Shown one piece after another: positions 23,601-33,963 of a stretch of 64,000 nt of DNA. The notes beneath the pieces were generated by a model. The model was given only the letters and a program-made list of their open reading frames with translations. It was not told the DNA's origin and did not search any database. This stretch comes from Hormiphora californensis. Lineage: Eukaryota; Animalia; Ctenophora. The translations under genes and the position numbers were made by a program. Position 1 is the first letter of the stretch, and each line of letters opens with the position of its first letter. The stretch lies in contig CM035358.1 of assembly GCA_020137815.1 (NCBI GenBank), forward strand, positions 4,588,001 through 4,652,000, written 5' to 3'.

Positions 23601-26600
23601 ACAGGCCAGCAGGTGCACCAGATTGGGACTTTTAGACATCAGTGGGCTTGGATGGCATGAGTTCTGACTAACCCACTGATGTCTAAAAATCAAAATCTGG
23701 TGCACCTGCTGGCCTGTTTTAAATTAGCCGCCATTTCAAATAGCCAGTCGCTACCCTACAGCTCTTTGAATAGCCGCTAAGTGTATGTATACATAATGCG
23801 GTGTTTCCCTACCCCAGATGGGTGTAAAATTGATGACTAAGCTTCAAATTCAGATTTTCCTATGAATTTTGCACTCTAAGAGTAATTTTTGGCTGATACG
23901 ATGTTAGTTGCTATAATGGTAACCAGGGTGGTTGCTATGGTAACCAAGGCAGTTGCTATGATAACCAAGACAGTTGCTTAGGGGACCCTAGTTGGTGACC
24001 AAGCGCTTCACCTTTACCCTCAGGCCTCAATCATCTCAACACCAGTCACTTGCAATTATTGTAATATTGTGTGATAGTAGTTTCATGCTTGGAAGACTTG
24101 CTACCACATCATGGTACGGCTGTAGGGTGCCCAAAGTGATTTCATGTGAATGTAGGAAGTGTTACGAGTGAGTAATTGCGCGCCACAATGTGTGTTAATC
24201 ATTTCCTTTGTTGCACCAATAAAGTGTGAGTTGAAAGATTTATGAAGGAGCAGACTTTGTTGCTATGTGTAACGGTGGACAGACGGACAGACGGACACTT
24301 TTAGTTAACTACACAATCTGCTGATTTCTAAACCCTGAATGATCTTTTTAGCACGTGCGTGCTAAAAACATCATCCCGGGTAGGGAAAAAATTCCTTAGA
24401 ACCTACGGGTGGTTGTTCGGTGGCAGCAGTTCGGACAGGTGATTCTACCACACTTCCTGTCAGAGGAGAGAAGGCATCGGGGAGAGGTTGGGGAATGTCA
24501 TGTTTAATTCTCCAATATCGCTGAATACACACTGCCGCCCTGTGATGGAGAGATATGAAGTTGATTAGTTAACCGAACAAATCAAACAATAAAATTGAAA
24601 AGGCACCAATCCTGCCTTACTCCCCCCAAAAAAGAAAAGACATCTGTACTACTAACCAATGTTGTAGCTCGTTGATTTCTGATTGTCTCCGTCTCTTCAG
24701 CCGCCCTTTCCAAGCTCTCTGTATAATAACCACAGGAGAATGCTTCCTTAGAATACCTTCCACCAACTTCAGGGTCCTCAGACACTGCAACTTCGCCTCC
24801 GATTCCGGTAGTGTCTGAAATGATGTGATGTTAAACAAGGCAGGAATCAAACTTTGCCTTGCTCGACCCCACATTGTAAAGGAGGGTTGGATCATAATAA
24901 AGAGAAAAGAAGAGAATATCAAGAGATCAGTTACCTTTGTTATGTAGGGAAGACTACCAATTCTCAATGATGGATTGTATGCTGAGTAATGTCCCTGAAA
25001 CCGGGCATCCTCAATAACTTCTTCATCACTCACTATCAGTTGATCCAAACACTACATGGGAGAATTACTGTTACTAACTTTGTCAAATTACATGACTGTA
25101 ATGCAAGCTTCTGCCCCGTTCTGAGAGGTCAGTATTTTGGTGAGACAATACTAATATAACTAGTTAATTACTGTTACTAACTAGAACTGACACGTTGCAA
25201 CTTGCCCGCTAGTTCCTAGTTAGAATAGCACAACCAGATTTAAGGGTACACCTCGGCAAAATTTTTGTCGAGTGCCCGCTTAGCTCTCCATATGGGGTTG
25301 TAGGGCATACCAAGCCGACCTCAAATATGCAATTTTAGCCCTTAACTCGAATTCATATTTTTGCTACAGCCCCTCAAAGTTTGACCCTAAAAACCGGTTT
25401 TTAAGGTCCCTAAATTTTATTTTTAGGGCTAGAAAGTTGAAAATTTAGGGATTCATGGAGGATACCAAGGTGTATAGCTCAAACAGAAATTTTTTGAAAT
25501 GGAGCTCAATTTTTTGTCTGAGACTATTTTACTTTTTTTGACTTTGAGGCCATATTTGGACATGTTCCTATGGACCGTTAAGGCTAAAAATTGGATATTT
25601 GGTGCTGCTAACAATTGTCAAAGTAGCCACAAATTTTCAGGAGGTCCGAATTTGAAATGTGGCCTACAGGTTTCTTTTTGTAAAGCACATATTTTAGGAA
25701 AACTTAAAATGGCTATATCTCAAAAACGGTAGGTCCTAGCGATCTAATTTTGTGCTAAATCGATTCAGCGGGTCCGATTTTGGGGGGGTCGTCTCTTAGA
25801 CATTTTGCTCTAAGTTTAACCGTTTTTTCAGAAATCGTATTTTAAGGTTTGTACATGTTTAGCAGAAATGCTTCTAGCTAGAGCTAATCTTACCTATTTC
25901 TGCTAAACATGTACAAATCTTAAAATACGATTTCTGAAAAAACGGTTAGACTTAGAGCAAAATGTCTAAGAGACGACCCCCCCAAAATTGGACCCGCTGA
26001 ACCGATTTAGCACAAAATTAGATCGCTAGGACCTACCGTTTTTGAGATATAGCCATTTTAAGTTTTCCTAAAATATGTGCTTTACAAAAAGAAACCTGTA
26101 GGCCACATTTCAAATTCGGACCTCCTGAAAATTTGTGGCTACTTTGACAATTGTTAGCAGCACCAAATATCCAATTTTTAGCCTTAACGGTCCATAGGAA
26201 CATGTCCAAATATGGCCTCAAAGTCAAAAAAAGTAAAATAGTCTCAGACAAAAAATTGAGCTCCATTTCAAAAAATTTCTGTTTGAGCTATACACCTTGG
26301 TATCCTCCATGAATCCCTAAATTTTCAACTTTCTAGCCCTAAAAATAAAATTTAGGGACCTTAAAAACCGGTTTTTAGGGTCAAACTTTGAGGGGCTGTA
26401 GCAAAAATATGAATTCGAGTTAAGGGCTAAAATTGCATATTTGAGGTCGGCTTGGTATGCCCTACAACCCCATATGGAGAGCTAAGCGGGCACTCGACAA
26501 AAATTTTGCCGAGGTGTACCCTTAATTTATGGTTATTAATTTAGTTAGGACCAGTTAGAACTAACCTTTAGACTCCATATGGTGTTGACTGCATGATGTC

Positions 26601-29600
26601 TGTAGTGCTTTATGATGCTCACTGGGGTATCAAACATCGTCAGAACACACAACTTACCGGCACCTGAATTGGTTTGTCATTAGGAATCCTAGATTTAAAT
26701 TCCTGATATTTCTGAATAGTTGTGATAAGTGGGGGTTGCCGGTTCTTGCTCCGTAGCTGGGAGAAGCTTACTAAAAACTGTCCTTGGCTGGGTGTAGGGC
26801 CTCAAAAGCGACCCAAAGTGCCGTATTCCTGTCTGAGAATCGGTTCTCAAATTCACTCTCCAAGCTATCAATTATATCAACCAGAAGGCTCTTAAGCTCA
26901 ATGTTAATGAGACTGGGTTCATCACTTGTACTGTGAAATTGAGTCAGTCGTACACGACAGAGTCTTGGAAATGGCGAGGAACTGTCCTCTTCCTTCTCTT
27001 TGCCGGTGGCTCCTCTTCACCGTCATTATGATCCAGGTCTGGTTGTGAGATTCTGGCTATCTTCTCGATGGTGTAGAAGTCCTTCTTCTCCTGTAACTTC
27101 TTCCGGACTTCATCAAGAAGGGAGAAAGCGGACGTTAAGTCTTGTTTAGGGTCCTGGAGCCGTTTTCTTTAGATACTCGAGGATCTATCAGTGTCTGTTC
27201 GTGCGGATTTTTCACTTTCTCCGGTAACTGATGATGGGTTTTCACATCATTTCCAATTCTCTGGCTACTCTCGTGCTCGTTCACCCTTTCTCTGGTGCCT
27301 TGTTCTCCGGGCTCTCCCTGACTAACATTGTTTGTAATTGGAAATATGTTTCAATACATTTCCAGAATTCAGGGTTCTCAGTTGAACGGGGTCGCAATAC
27401 AAATTAAAATGATTTCAAAATACCGAGCAGTTCAAATAAAAACAACTAACTATACGCTCAACACGGTTGTGTCCACTATCCCAACAACAAGAACAGTTTC
27501 AGCTTCCTGTACTCGGTTATTGGTCAATCTTAGGATGGGCGGTGGCGAATGTTTATCAGGCTCTGTCGGAAGACTTCCAGGTGGGGCCAGTGGTGAGGTT
27601 GGTACTGGAACACAGATTGAGTACTCGTCTGGTCTCCATAGCAATGATGTTCGGCTTCGTCTTCATCTCGCAATGGTAGTCATTATATGGTAAGTACGTC
27701 CCTGAATGTGTTTCCTTCTGGTACATCTGGTGTGATATTATGCCTTCCTCAATGACGGTTATTAGGAGGTCCAGGAAAGCGATGCTGCGGTTGCTGGGCT
27801 CCTCCATTGTGAAGGTGAGTTGTCCATTGTTGAGGTGGCCCAGGAAGGTCGTAGGGTAGTAGTCGTAAGGATCTTTCAATACATTTCCATAATACAGGGT
27901 TGGTTGTGTCTGACATCGTCAGTTAGTGGTAACACTTGACACCCAAGGATTTTATTCGCCTCATCACTGTTGAAAGGGAAACATCCCAGCCATGATTTTG
28001 TTCAAGACCTGTCTCTTGGTTCCAACGTCTGGGTTATACTGTCTATCAGCTCCAGCATGTGTGTTAGTGAGTTATACTGAGTGGGTCTTCCTGGAGGTTT
28101 AGCAGGAACAGCGGAGTTTCGGTGTCCATCATTATTCCTGATCTTGTTGCAGTAGGATCTGCACTGCAAGATGTTTCAATACATTTCTAAAATAAAGGGT
28201 TTCAAAACCTCTCGAGTGTGGCACGGTATCTCACTCTCGAACGGTCTCTCTAAAAATGCCCTAATGTCTTTGCCCTCTAAGAGTGGAGGCCGGATGACGG
28301 GTCTTTTCACCTGCTCTCCTGTGTAGGCTGGTCCTTTGTAAACCAAAAACCTCTTAGACCTGACATTACCACAGTACTGGATCATCGTGTAGTAATTTGA
28401 TGCTGAGAAGTTGATCAGGGGTCTCTCAAACTGCCTGAATCTCCAGGATTTTGTTGCTCTGGAGGAATACTTGTTGTATATTATAGCCTCCACTGACCAT
28501 CTGTTTTTTTCTCAGTTTTTCTCTTTTTCACACAACCGTGTGTCGTTGCCACGGATCTCTCTACCGCTTGAGTGTGGCAAGGGATTCACTCTCGTCTGGT
28601 GTCCGTAGCAATGATGTTCAGCTTCGTCTTCATCTCACAATGGGAGTCGTAGGGTAGTAGTCGTAAGGATGTTTCAATCATTTCCATATTACAGGGTTGC
28701 CAGTTAGGACACATTGTGAGTGGCAGGGAATGTCTGTGGTAAACCTACTCTCAACATATTGTGAATAGGGTCTGTTAAGAAGAGGCGGGAGTGTAATCCT
28801 GTTAAATGTAACAGGCCCTTTGTACACCTCATAGGTAAGGCGTTTGTAGTTCACTATCTTATAATAAACTACACCTTGAACTTTCAGCAGCGGTCTCTCC
28901 GATTGGCGGATCTTCCTTGAGACCGGTACCTCGTTGTCTATCTGCTCCATGAGTTGTACCCCTAGTTTTCGGACCTCTACTTCTTCATCACCTGCAGGGT
29001 CTGTTAAGAAGAGGTGGGAGTGTAATCTGTAGAAGGCCTCATGTTCTTTGATGCGAACTTGGGAAGTAGGTAACAAATGGAGATTTGTTTCAATACATTT
29101 CCAGAATACAGAGTGTGGGTGGTGGTTGTTGGATTCTGGGTGCCACTTTGAAGATCCTTGAACTCTGCCAGCCCCCTCACCAAACTGCATTATATCTCTC
29201 TGATGGTCGATATAATGCAGTGAGTGCCATGACTGGGGACGAAGTGGATATCTCCTGTAGCACCAAGTTCATGGAATGGTTGCAGCAGTAGACCTTAACT
29301 GCTTCGGGGACTATATCCTAAGATCCTCTTAGTCACTCCGGTATGCTCACCTTGAAGAACATTGGCCCCATTGTTGTTGTTGTTGTTGTATGCGCCTCCG
29401 CTTCCAATCCTCTACTTGTGATTTTATCCCGTAAGGTAGCCAGTTCCTCACGCCCGAGAAGGACGGAGCTCAGGTTCCAGAGTTTCCTCTTTCCCCCGGG
29501 AGAGTTTTCTTCCTCCGTCTTATGTCCATGGTTTTGGAGATAAGGGTGGAATCGTCTCCCATAACTATCTTAACAGGTCCCATGAAGAGGACCGCACCAG

Positions 29601-32250
29601 CACTGTTTTCACATTGTGCCAGTCTCGGATATCTCCAGCGACCCTTGGTGAGTGGCATCTCAGCATTGATCGCTCTAGATGTGGCCTTGGCTAGGACAAT
29701 TCGGACGCTCCATTGACTATGGCACCTTTGTAGATTTTGCGCTGCCAACCTCTGATTTGTAATCAGTACTCCATGTGGGTTCATGGAACATCACTTTTTG
29801 TTCGTGATGCAGATGCAGCGTCCGGCCGTTCATGGGGTAGTTAGGGCAGGTTCCTTCCCAATTAACGGAACTCTGGCGTGTGAAATGTTTAGTGGGTTAG
29901 GTATCTATGTGCGTCACTCATAGAAATTTGTTTTGTAGCATGGGATAGTGGTTTGTTCTGTTTGTTGATCAGGTTTTTGTGGAGGCTTGTTTGTTGGTAG
30001 AGAATGATGATGTTGGTTTGTTACCTTCATCGTTTGGGGGGTAATCGCCATTTGGGAATCTCCTACGCTTCTCATGGACTTTTGAAGAAGCGTAGGTAGT
30101 AGCGAGGCTACTGGTTTGTGTAGTTTCTCCCTGTTGGGCTACGGAAACACCCCTTGAGTTTATCTCGACCTCGGCGTGGGAATTTTGCCGAGAGTCGGTG
30201 GTAGCTAACCAGTTAAATGACCTAGCTTGTTAGACCTTTTATACCTGTCCAGAGGCTAGGTGGACAGAAGGTAGAGGAAGGCCAGTTGAGATTAGACCTC
30301 CTCCAGCCTGGACTTTTGCTGGAGGACGGGTTTTGGCCGGTATTTAGCCATCTACTTTGGCCCAGTGCACAAGGCTGGGGAGATGGTGTAATACCGGCCG
30401 GGGGGTATCTCTATTCAGAGAGAGATGAGTCATGAGCGGATTAGAGAAAGGAAGAGAGAAAAACACACCACCCAAGGAGGGCAGCTCTGTTTCCTTGGAG
30501 TGGTATGTGAGATGCTCCAGGCAGTTCAAGAGCTTCATGGTTTACCCCGGGGTATGCCGGGTCACCCCTGAAGATTCCCTGCCTGGTCTGTAGGACACTA
30601 TTGCTATCTAAAAAAATAGACATTAGCCGCGGCCTGCATCTCAAGGGCGTGGGAAGGAATCTCACCCTCCACATTGGCCCCATTATATGCCTGTCCTCGT
30701 AAGAAGCTGATGTCAATACCGAGGCTGTTCAGAGAGGACGTTACGATCCGGGTAAGCGACTCAGCGTCAGTTCTATCTGCTTGGTGCAAACCAATAAGCT
30801 CCTCATGGATCTCATAGCTATCACTAACATATCTCAACGCAATCGCACACTGCTCGATGGCTGCACAATGTTTTATCCATCTGACATCAATAAAGAGTCG
30901 GACAAAGTGGTCGAATCGAGGTAGCATTTTGTTCTCCACTCTGCAGATTTTTGAACTCTGGGTTCCCCACAAACATCTCTTACTGTGTTGAGAGTCAGTG
31001 TTATGAGCGGCGAGGTGGAAGCTGCCTCTTATAGCGCCAGGTTGAGACTATGGTTAACACAGGTTGCGGGACTCCAGCAAGTAGGAAGTTTCAATACATT
31101 TCCAAAATACAGCGTGGTCAACACAGCAAACAAGAACTGATAACCAGAGTGAGTGAGTGTCGTGTTTATAAAGGTCGCTACTAAGTGTGGTGTGATTGGG
31201 TTCAATGAAACCGGGTCAAATGTCAGACCCACTCAGATATCGGGACAACTAGTTACCCGACTCGCGTGATAGCTGCCCTATTAGTTGTTAAATTGGGTCT
31301 ACTTGATAGGTGATCAGTAAAATAGCTGGGTACTCAATTATCTGACTAAGTGAATAGTGATTGAATTGCGACATGTATAATGAAACCACACCAAGGAGAA
31401 TATATTCTGAATAATGAGTTCAGAGCAAGAATTAAATAGGGAAGAAAATCGAAAAATACTGGGTTTGACCGGGAATTGAACCAGGGACCTCCAGAGAGAC
31501 ATGCTCGGAGCTATAAACCACTAAGCTACCAAACCCTATGTACTGATCGCATTTCATCGCTCTATATAATATAATCAGGTATCATATTTCAGACCAGTTG
31601 GGCGGTGAAGGTAGGAATGGTCTGGATGACATGTACGGTAAAAGAAGGGTTAGGATGACACTGACCTGCAAGATCGGAGAACACGGGCAGGCCATTGAGG
31701 GCGTTATCGTGAATGTAAAGGATTCTTAGTTCGGGGACTCCACTCCATAACTCCCGTGGTGGAATAGCTGTTATCTTTTGGAAATAAGAAAAAGTTAATG
31801 AACAGGAGCTATACTTTTAAATCCAGATGAAATGGCAAAATTGTGCATCAGCGAAAATGACTTCATTTTTTACCTTATTAGAACTGACATCAAGTTTAAC
31901 AAGCTTTGAACACTGCTAGTACTGGACTGATGTCTGAAATCCTATTGTTGGCTAAGAGTGCTATCTCCAGACTAGCGGACAAAGCCCCAATCGCTGATAT
32001 ATCCGTTAAATTTGCCCCAAACAAGTTCAAGTAGGTCACATTCTGTAGGGAGTTGACAGTGTTAGTTTGGAAAATACCAGTTGTGCAAAGTTGCAAAATG
32101 CTAAAGAGAAGTGCTTACCTCAAAGGTTGGCTGGTTGGTGATGTTACGAATATCATCTACCGTTAATTCTCCCCCTCCACTTTCTTCTGAGGACTTTTTA
32201 CTGGACATGTCTCATTTTCGGTAGGACCCAAGCCTACATCTGGCTCTCTC
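14690..32250 (-). CDS. LRRIQ3: Leucine-rich repeat and IQ domain-containing protein 3-like; many exons, start approximate
   Basis: Exons 32042-31874 (NVTYLNLFG..LANNRISDISP..CSKLVKLDVSSNK), ~31773-31666 (ITAIPPRELWSGVPELRILYIHDN), ~26663-26566 (VLTMFDTPVSIIKHYRHHAVNTIWSLK), ~25052-24936 (CLDQLIVSDEEVIED), IQ exons (VIIQRAWKGRLKR; VCIQRYWR), then coiled-coil exons ~18.3-14.7 kb ending ..EPIWR*. The join across 24.4-18.3 kb is inferred; one +1 frameshift. Confidence 0.75.
15558..15826. repeat. ~70-bp tandem repeat x4 duplicating an LRRIQ3 exon end and splice donor
   Basis: Unit AAACACTCACCTAACAGGAAATCATGCCCCTGCTGCTTCTCTCCCCCACTGTG(TAACTATTTAATGTTGG). Confidence 0.9.
16700..16808. mobile_element. 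hAT-type MITE (~110 bp)
   Basis: TIR CAGGAACCGACCGAA / TTCGGTCGGTTCCTG; 8-bp TSD CGGGGAAG on both sides. Confidence 0.9.
18540..19830 (+). repeat. Three diverged tandem copies of a ~300-480 bp unknown repeat (fourth copy inverted at ~39890-40125)
   Basis: Shared ATACTGCACGTGCATGTTGTTG and CAGCT(A/C)CA(A/G)TTCTACGGATCTTTATCACCTGAT blocks. Confidence 0.8.
21613..23154 (+). CDS. UDP-glycosyltransferase (GT1/UGT family), intronless, nested antisense in an LRRIQ3 intron
   Basis: Signal peptide; GSH catalytic His; VILVSFGS; UGT signature WLPQRALLASGKVKMFVSHCGNNGRIETIFYGVPVLCIPLFGDQ; C-terminal TM and ER-retrieval-like KSKEE. Start ATG 21613 or 21646. Confidence 0.95.
   Translation: MKLFPSYSYPGMLIIFLLLPLFSTAYSGNILIIALDTGSHLTAPYDIAVTLASGGHNVTFVSAVRGGEAPFPCPGVTWVDLPVGDHKRDMKRSMSECVHDLTTSNSPMSSVCIRSWTRVIGNVRKVIQTPEFLTLARSSDILISEMPGPAGISALGNLLNVPVVSYSPRNYAVDALAAGNLPSLLATQPGGLLEKNFHRPPRFWEKMESAYEIAFFMVPFLKMFHGNQLIAEEEIGAKSEGAIKLFLTNDQEAMSFPCLRAPNDFLVGAISLLQSDPEPLSPELAEFVEPGVILVSFGSYATIDDYPWFGQLVKTLEGLDTRVVIKSDKQFPTGGKFLGMSWLPQRALLASGKVKMFVSHCGNNGRIETIFYGVPVLCIPLFGDQDLNAELVKFRGFGEILVKENVEDAEAKIKGMLENLPTYKAKMDRAAKRVKESYTRERLLGLVGELAEHGELDYLVNKIALQQGVIEQGVWDVVGAIVIPLLLVMLGLLYGVVRCVKWVCCAKRKSKEE
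23542..23758. mobile_element. Hairpin MITE
   Basis: ~90-bp inverted arms TAGGGTAGCGACTGGCTATTTGAAATGGCGGC.. / ..GCCGCCATTTCAAATAGCCAGTCGCTACCCTA; terminal TA could be a TSD. Confidence 0.8.
25244..26521. mobile_element. 1.28-kb near-perfect foldback element with TTAA TSD (Kolobok-like termini)
   Basis: TTAA|GGGTACACC...GGTGTACCC|TTAA; ~625-bp arms with few mismatches and a ~25-bp spacer near 25870-25895. Confidence 0.9.
26900..27175 (-). pseudogene. hAT transposase fragment (C-terminal half)
   Basis: RKRLQDPKQDLTSAFSLLDEVRKKLQE...PPAKRRKRTVPRHFQD resembles the hAT LQxxxxDLxxA region; disrupted. Confidence 0.5.
27556..27850 (-). pseudogene. Penelope-like retroelement RT thumb fragment
   Basis: FLGHLNNGQLTFTMEEPSNRSIAFLDLLITV..YQKETHSGTYLPYNDYHCEMKTKPNII..TRRV, typical PLE FTxE..IxFLD..YxKxTHxxxYL; second shorter copy ~28590-28650. 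Confidence 0.85.
28205..29000 (-). pseudogene. Three diverged fragments of a transposase with a PCH(T/S)Q(A)VER motif
   Basis: RQFERPLINFSASNYYTMI..PPLL..EIPCHT (28205-28490); IPCHTQAVERSVAT (~28540-28587); [32 protein letters not shown] (28705-28990). Superfamily not assigned. Confidence 0.6.
29215..31065 (-). pseudogene. hAT (ZMYM1-like) transposase fragments, scrambled among other fragments
   Basis: PEAVKVYCCNHSMNLVLQE (~29310-29250); EQCAIALRYVSDSYEIHEELIGLHQADRTDAESL..LGIDISFLRGQAYNGAN (~30860-30670); CVNHSLNLAL*EAAS (~31062-31015). Confidence 0.75.
31461..31536 (-). tRNA. Degenerate tRNA-like sequence (tRNA pseudogene or SINE head)
   Basis: GGGTTTG/CAAACCC acceptor stem, A box TAGCTTAGTGG, B box GGTTCAATTCC, TTTTT just downstream; anticodon arm non-canonical (loop CATGTCT, stem mismatch). 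Confidence 0.55.
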
Positions 32251-32731
32251 ACTAGCCTAAAATTACCATACCTAAATGTGGATTATTTCGCTTCACAGTT
32301 CATGCCTCTAAAGTGTGGCTACAGTGACTTACCTCACTAAAAACGACCAAATTCAAAAATAAAATGCCAAAAACGTGACGTTTGGGGTTGATTTGTTCCG
32401 AATCACGATTAAAGTGCGTTTCAAACGACTTGACCTGAGATTCCTGGAAATTCAAGATTTCCCCTTTGTAAATACACGCGCAATGCGCCAAATTCCAAGA
32501 ATTACGGGTCAAGTCGCTTGAAACGGACTTTAGCAACTTCCACGCGCATCTAGCTGCGCGGCACAATATTTGCGCGTGCCAAAATAAACATGTGAGTGAT
32601 TCCCGCGTTTTGCGCTTTTCAGATCACTGGAAAGCTCTCGCGCGCGACGCTAAACACTTTATCAAACTGTGTCAAGAATGAGGAGCTGTGACACAGTGCA
32701 GACCTCAGATTTCAGTCATTTCATTTTTGCT

Positions 32732-32885
<154 letters not shown>

Positions 32886-33897
32886 GCCCATCTCGCTAAT
32901 GGTGTCTTCTTCACAGGTCCGGTACCCCAGTCCCTGTCATATACCATCACTAATAGATCTCACTATTCACTATGAGAGGCACTCAACGAATATTATAATG
33001 TCCCCTGTGCCATCTAATAATATGCTTCAATATATATGCACTAAAAGGTCTAAGTGCTAATGGGCACTGATAGAGAGTGCACCACGAGAGAGTCTAGACT
33101 CCCAGATTAATACGAACTCACGGGGGCACGCTAATGGATGGCAACCTGGAGGAGACATGAACTGTGAAGGAACTATTTACCTACTATATCTTCTGAGAGA
33201 ATGCAATGATAGTATTTCTTACACGGTCGAGCTGGTCCGTGTCTCTCGAGACTGCAACATTTTGTCGCAAGATAATCATCATCATTACATTGACAGATTC
33301 CTTTCCGTGTGTCAATTTCTCTATCTTTCTGATACCCCATTCTTGATTCTGGTATTCGTTTCTGGTATTAGTTTCATTTCTCATGGTATTAAAGGTCCCC
33401 CCAAACTACTATGTCCCTTGCTGCGCGCGACCGGATTTTAGACGACCATAGCTCCACCCCCTGATAAGATAGAGACTTGAAATTTGTTTTGTGAGGAGAT
33501 CATATCGAGTTCTTCGTACAAAACAAATTTCAAGTCTCTATCTCATCAGGGAGTGGAGTTATGACCGTGGGAAATTTCACAAAACCCGAGTGAGGGACAT
33601 AGTAGTTTGGGGCGTACTTTAGTTTTATTTCTCTTCCCCCTTGCTTACTCAATAACCTCATCTTATAGAGAAGGGTAGTACCTTGATTGAGAGACAGAGA
33701 CAAAGAAATATTGTAATTTACTAGCGGCAAAATTGATTTTTTAGAATTAGTTAACCACACAAAAGCAGTTTATATAAAGAGAAGAATTTACCTTCATATT
33801 TAATAATTCTACTCCATTATTTTCCTAGGAATCTCTTTGTCTTTTACTAGCCTGTTCTAAGCTAGTACTAATCCCTCTCTTTTCTCTCTCTCTCTCT

Positions 33898-33963
<66 letters not shown>

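Larger units (their letters stand above)
27348..31116 (+). repeat. Six dispersed copies of a ~29-bp direct repeat separating transposon fragments
   Basis: Copies at 27348-27376, 27873-27901, 28173-28201, 28671-28698, 29087-29115, 31088-31116; consensus GTTTCAATACATTTCCARAATACAGGGTT. Confidence 0.85.

Noticed and set aside
25499-26266. Two identical 77-aa ORFs on opposite strands
   Set aside because: A consequence of the palindromic element; no protein features.
27348-31116. True prokaryotic CRISPR array (repeat begins GTTTCAAT like some CRISPR repeats)
   Set aside because: Spacers are 270-2000 bp and irregular, repeats are degenerate, no cas genes are present, and the context is a spliceosomal intron. 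Kept as a repeat and a finding instead.
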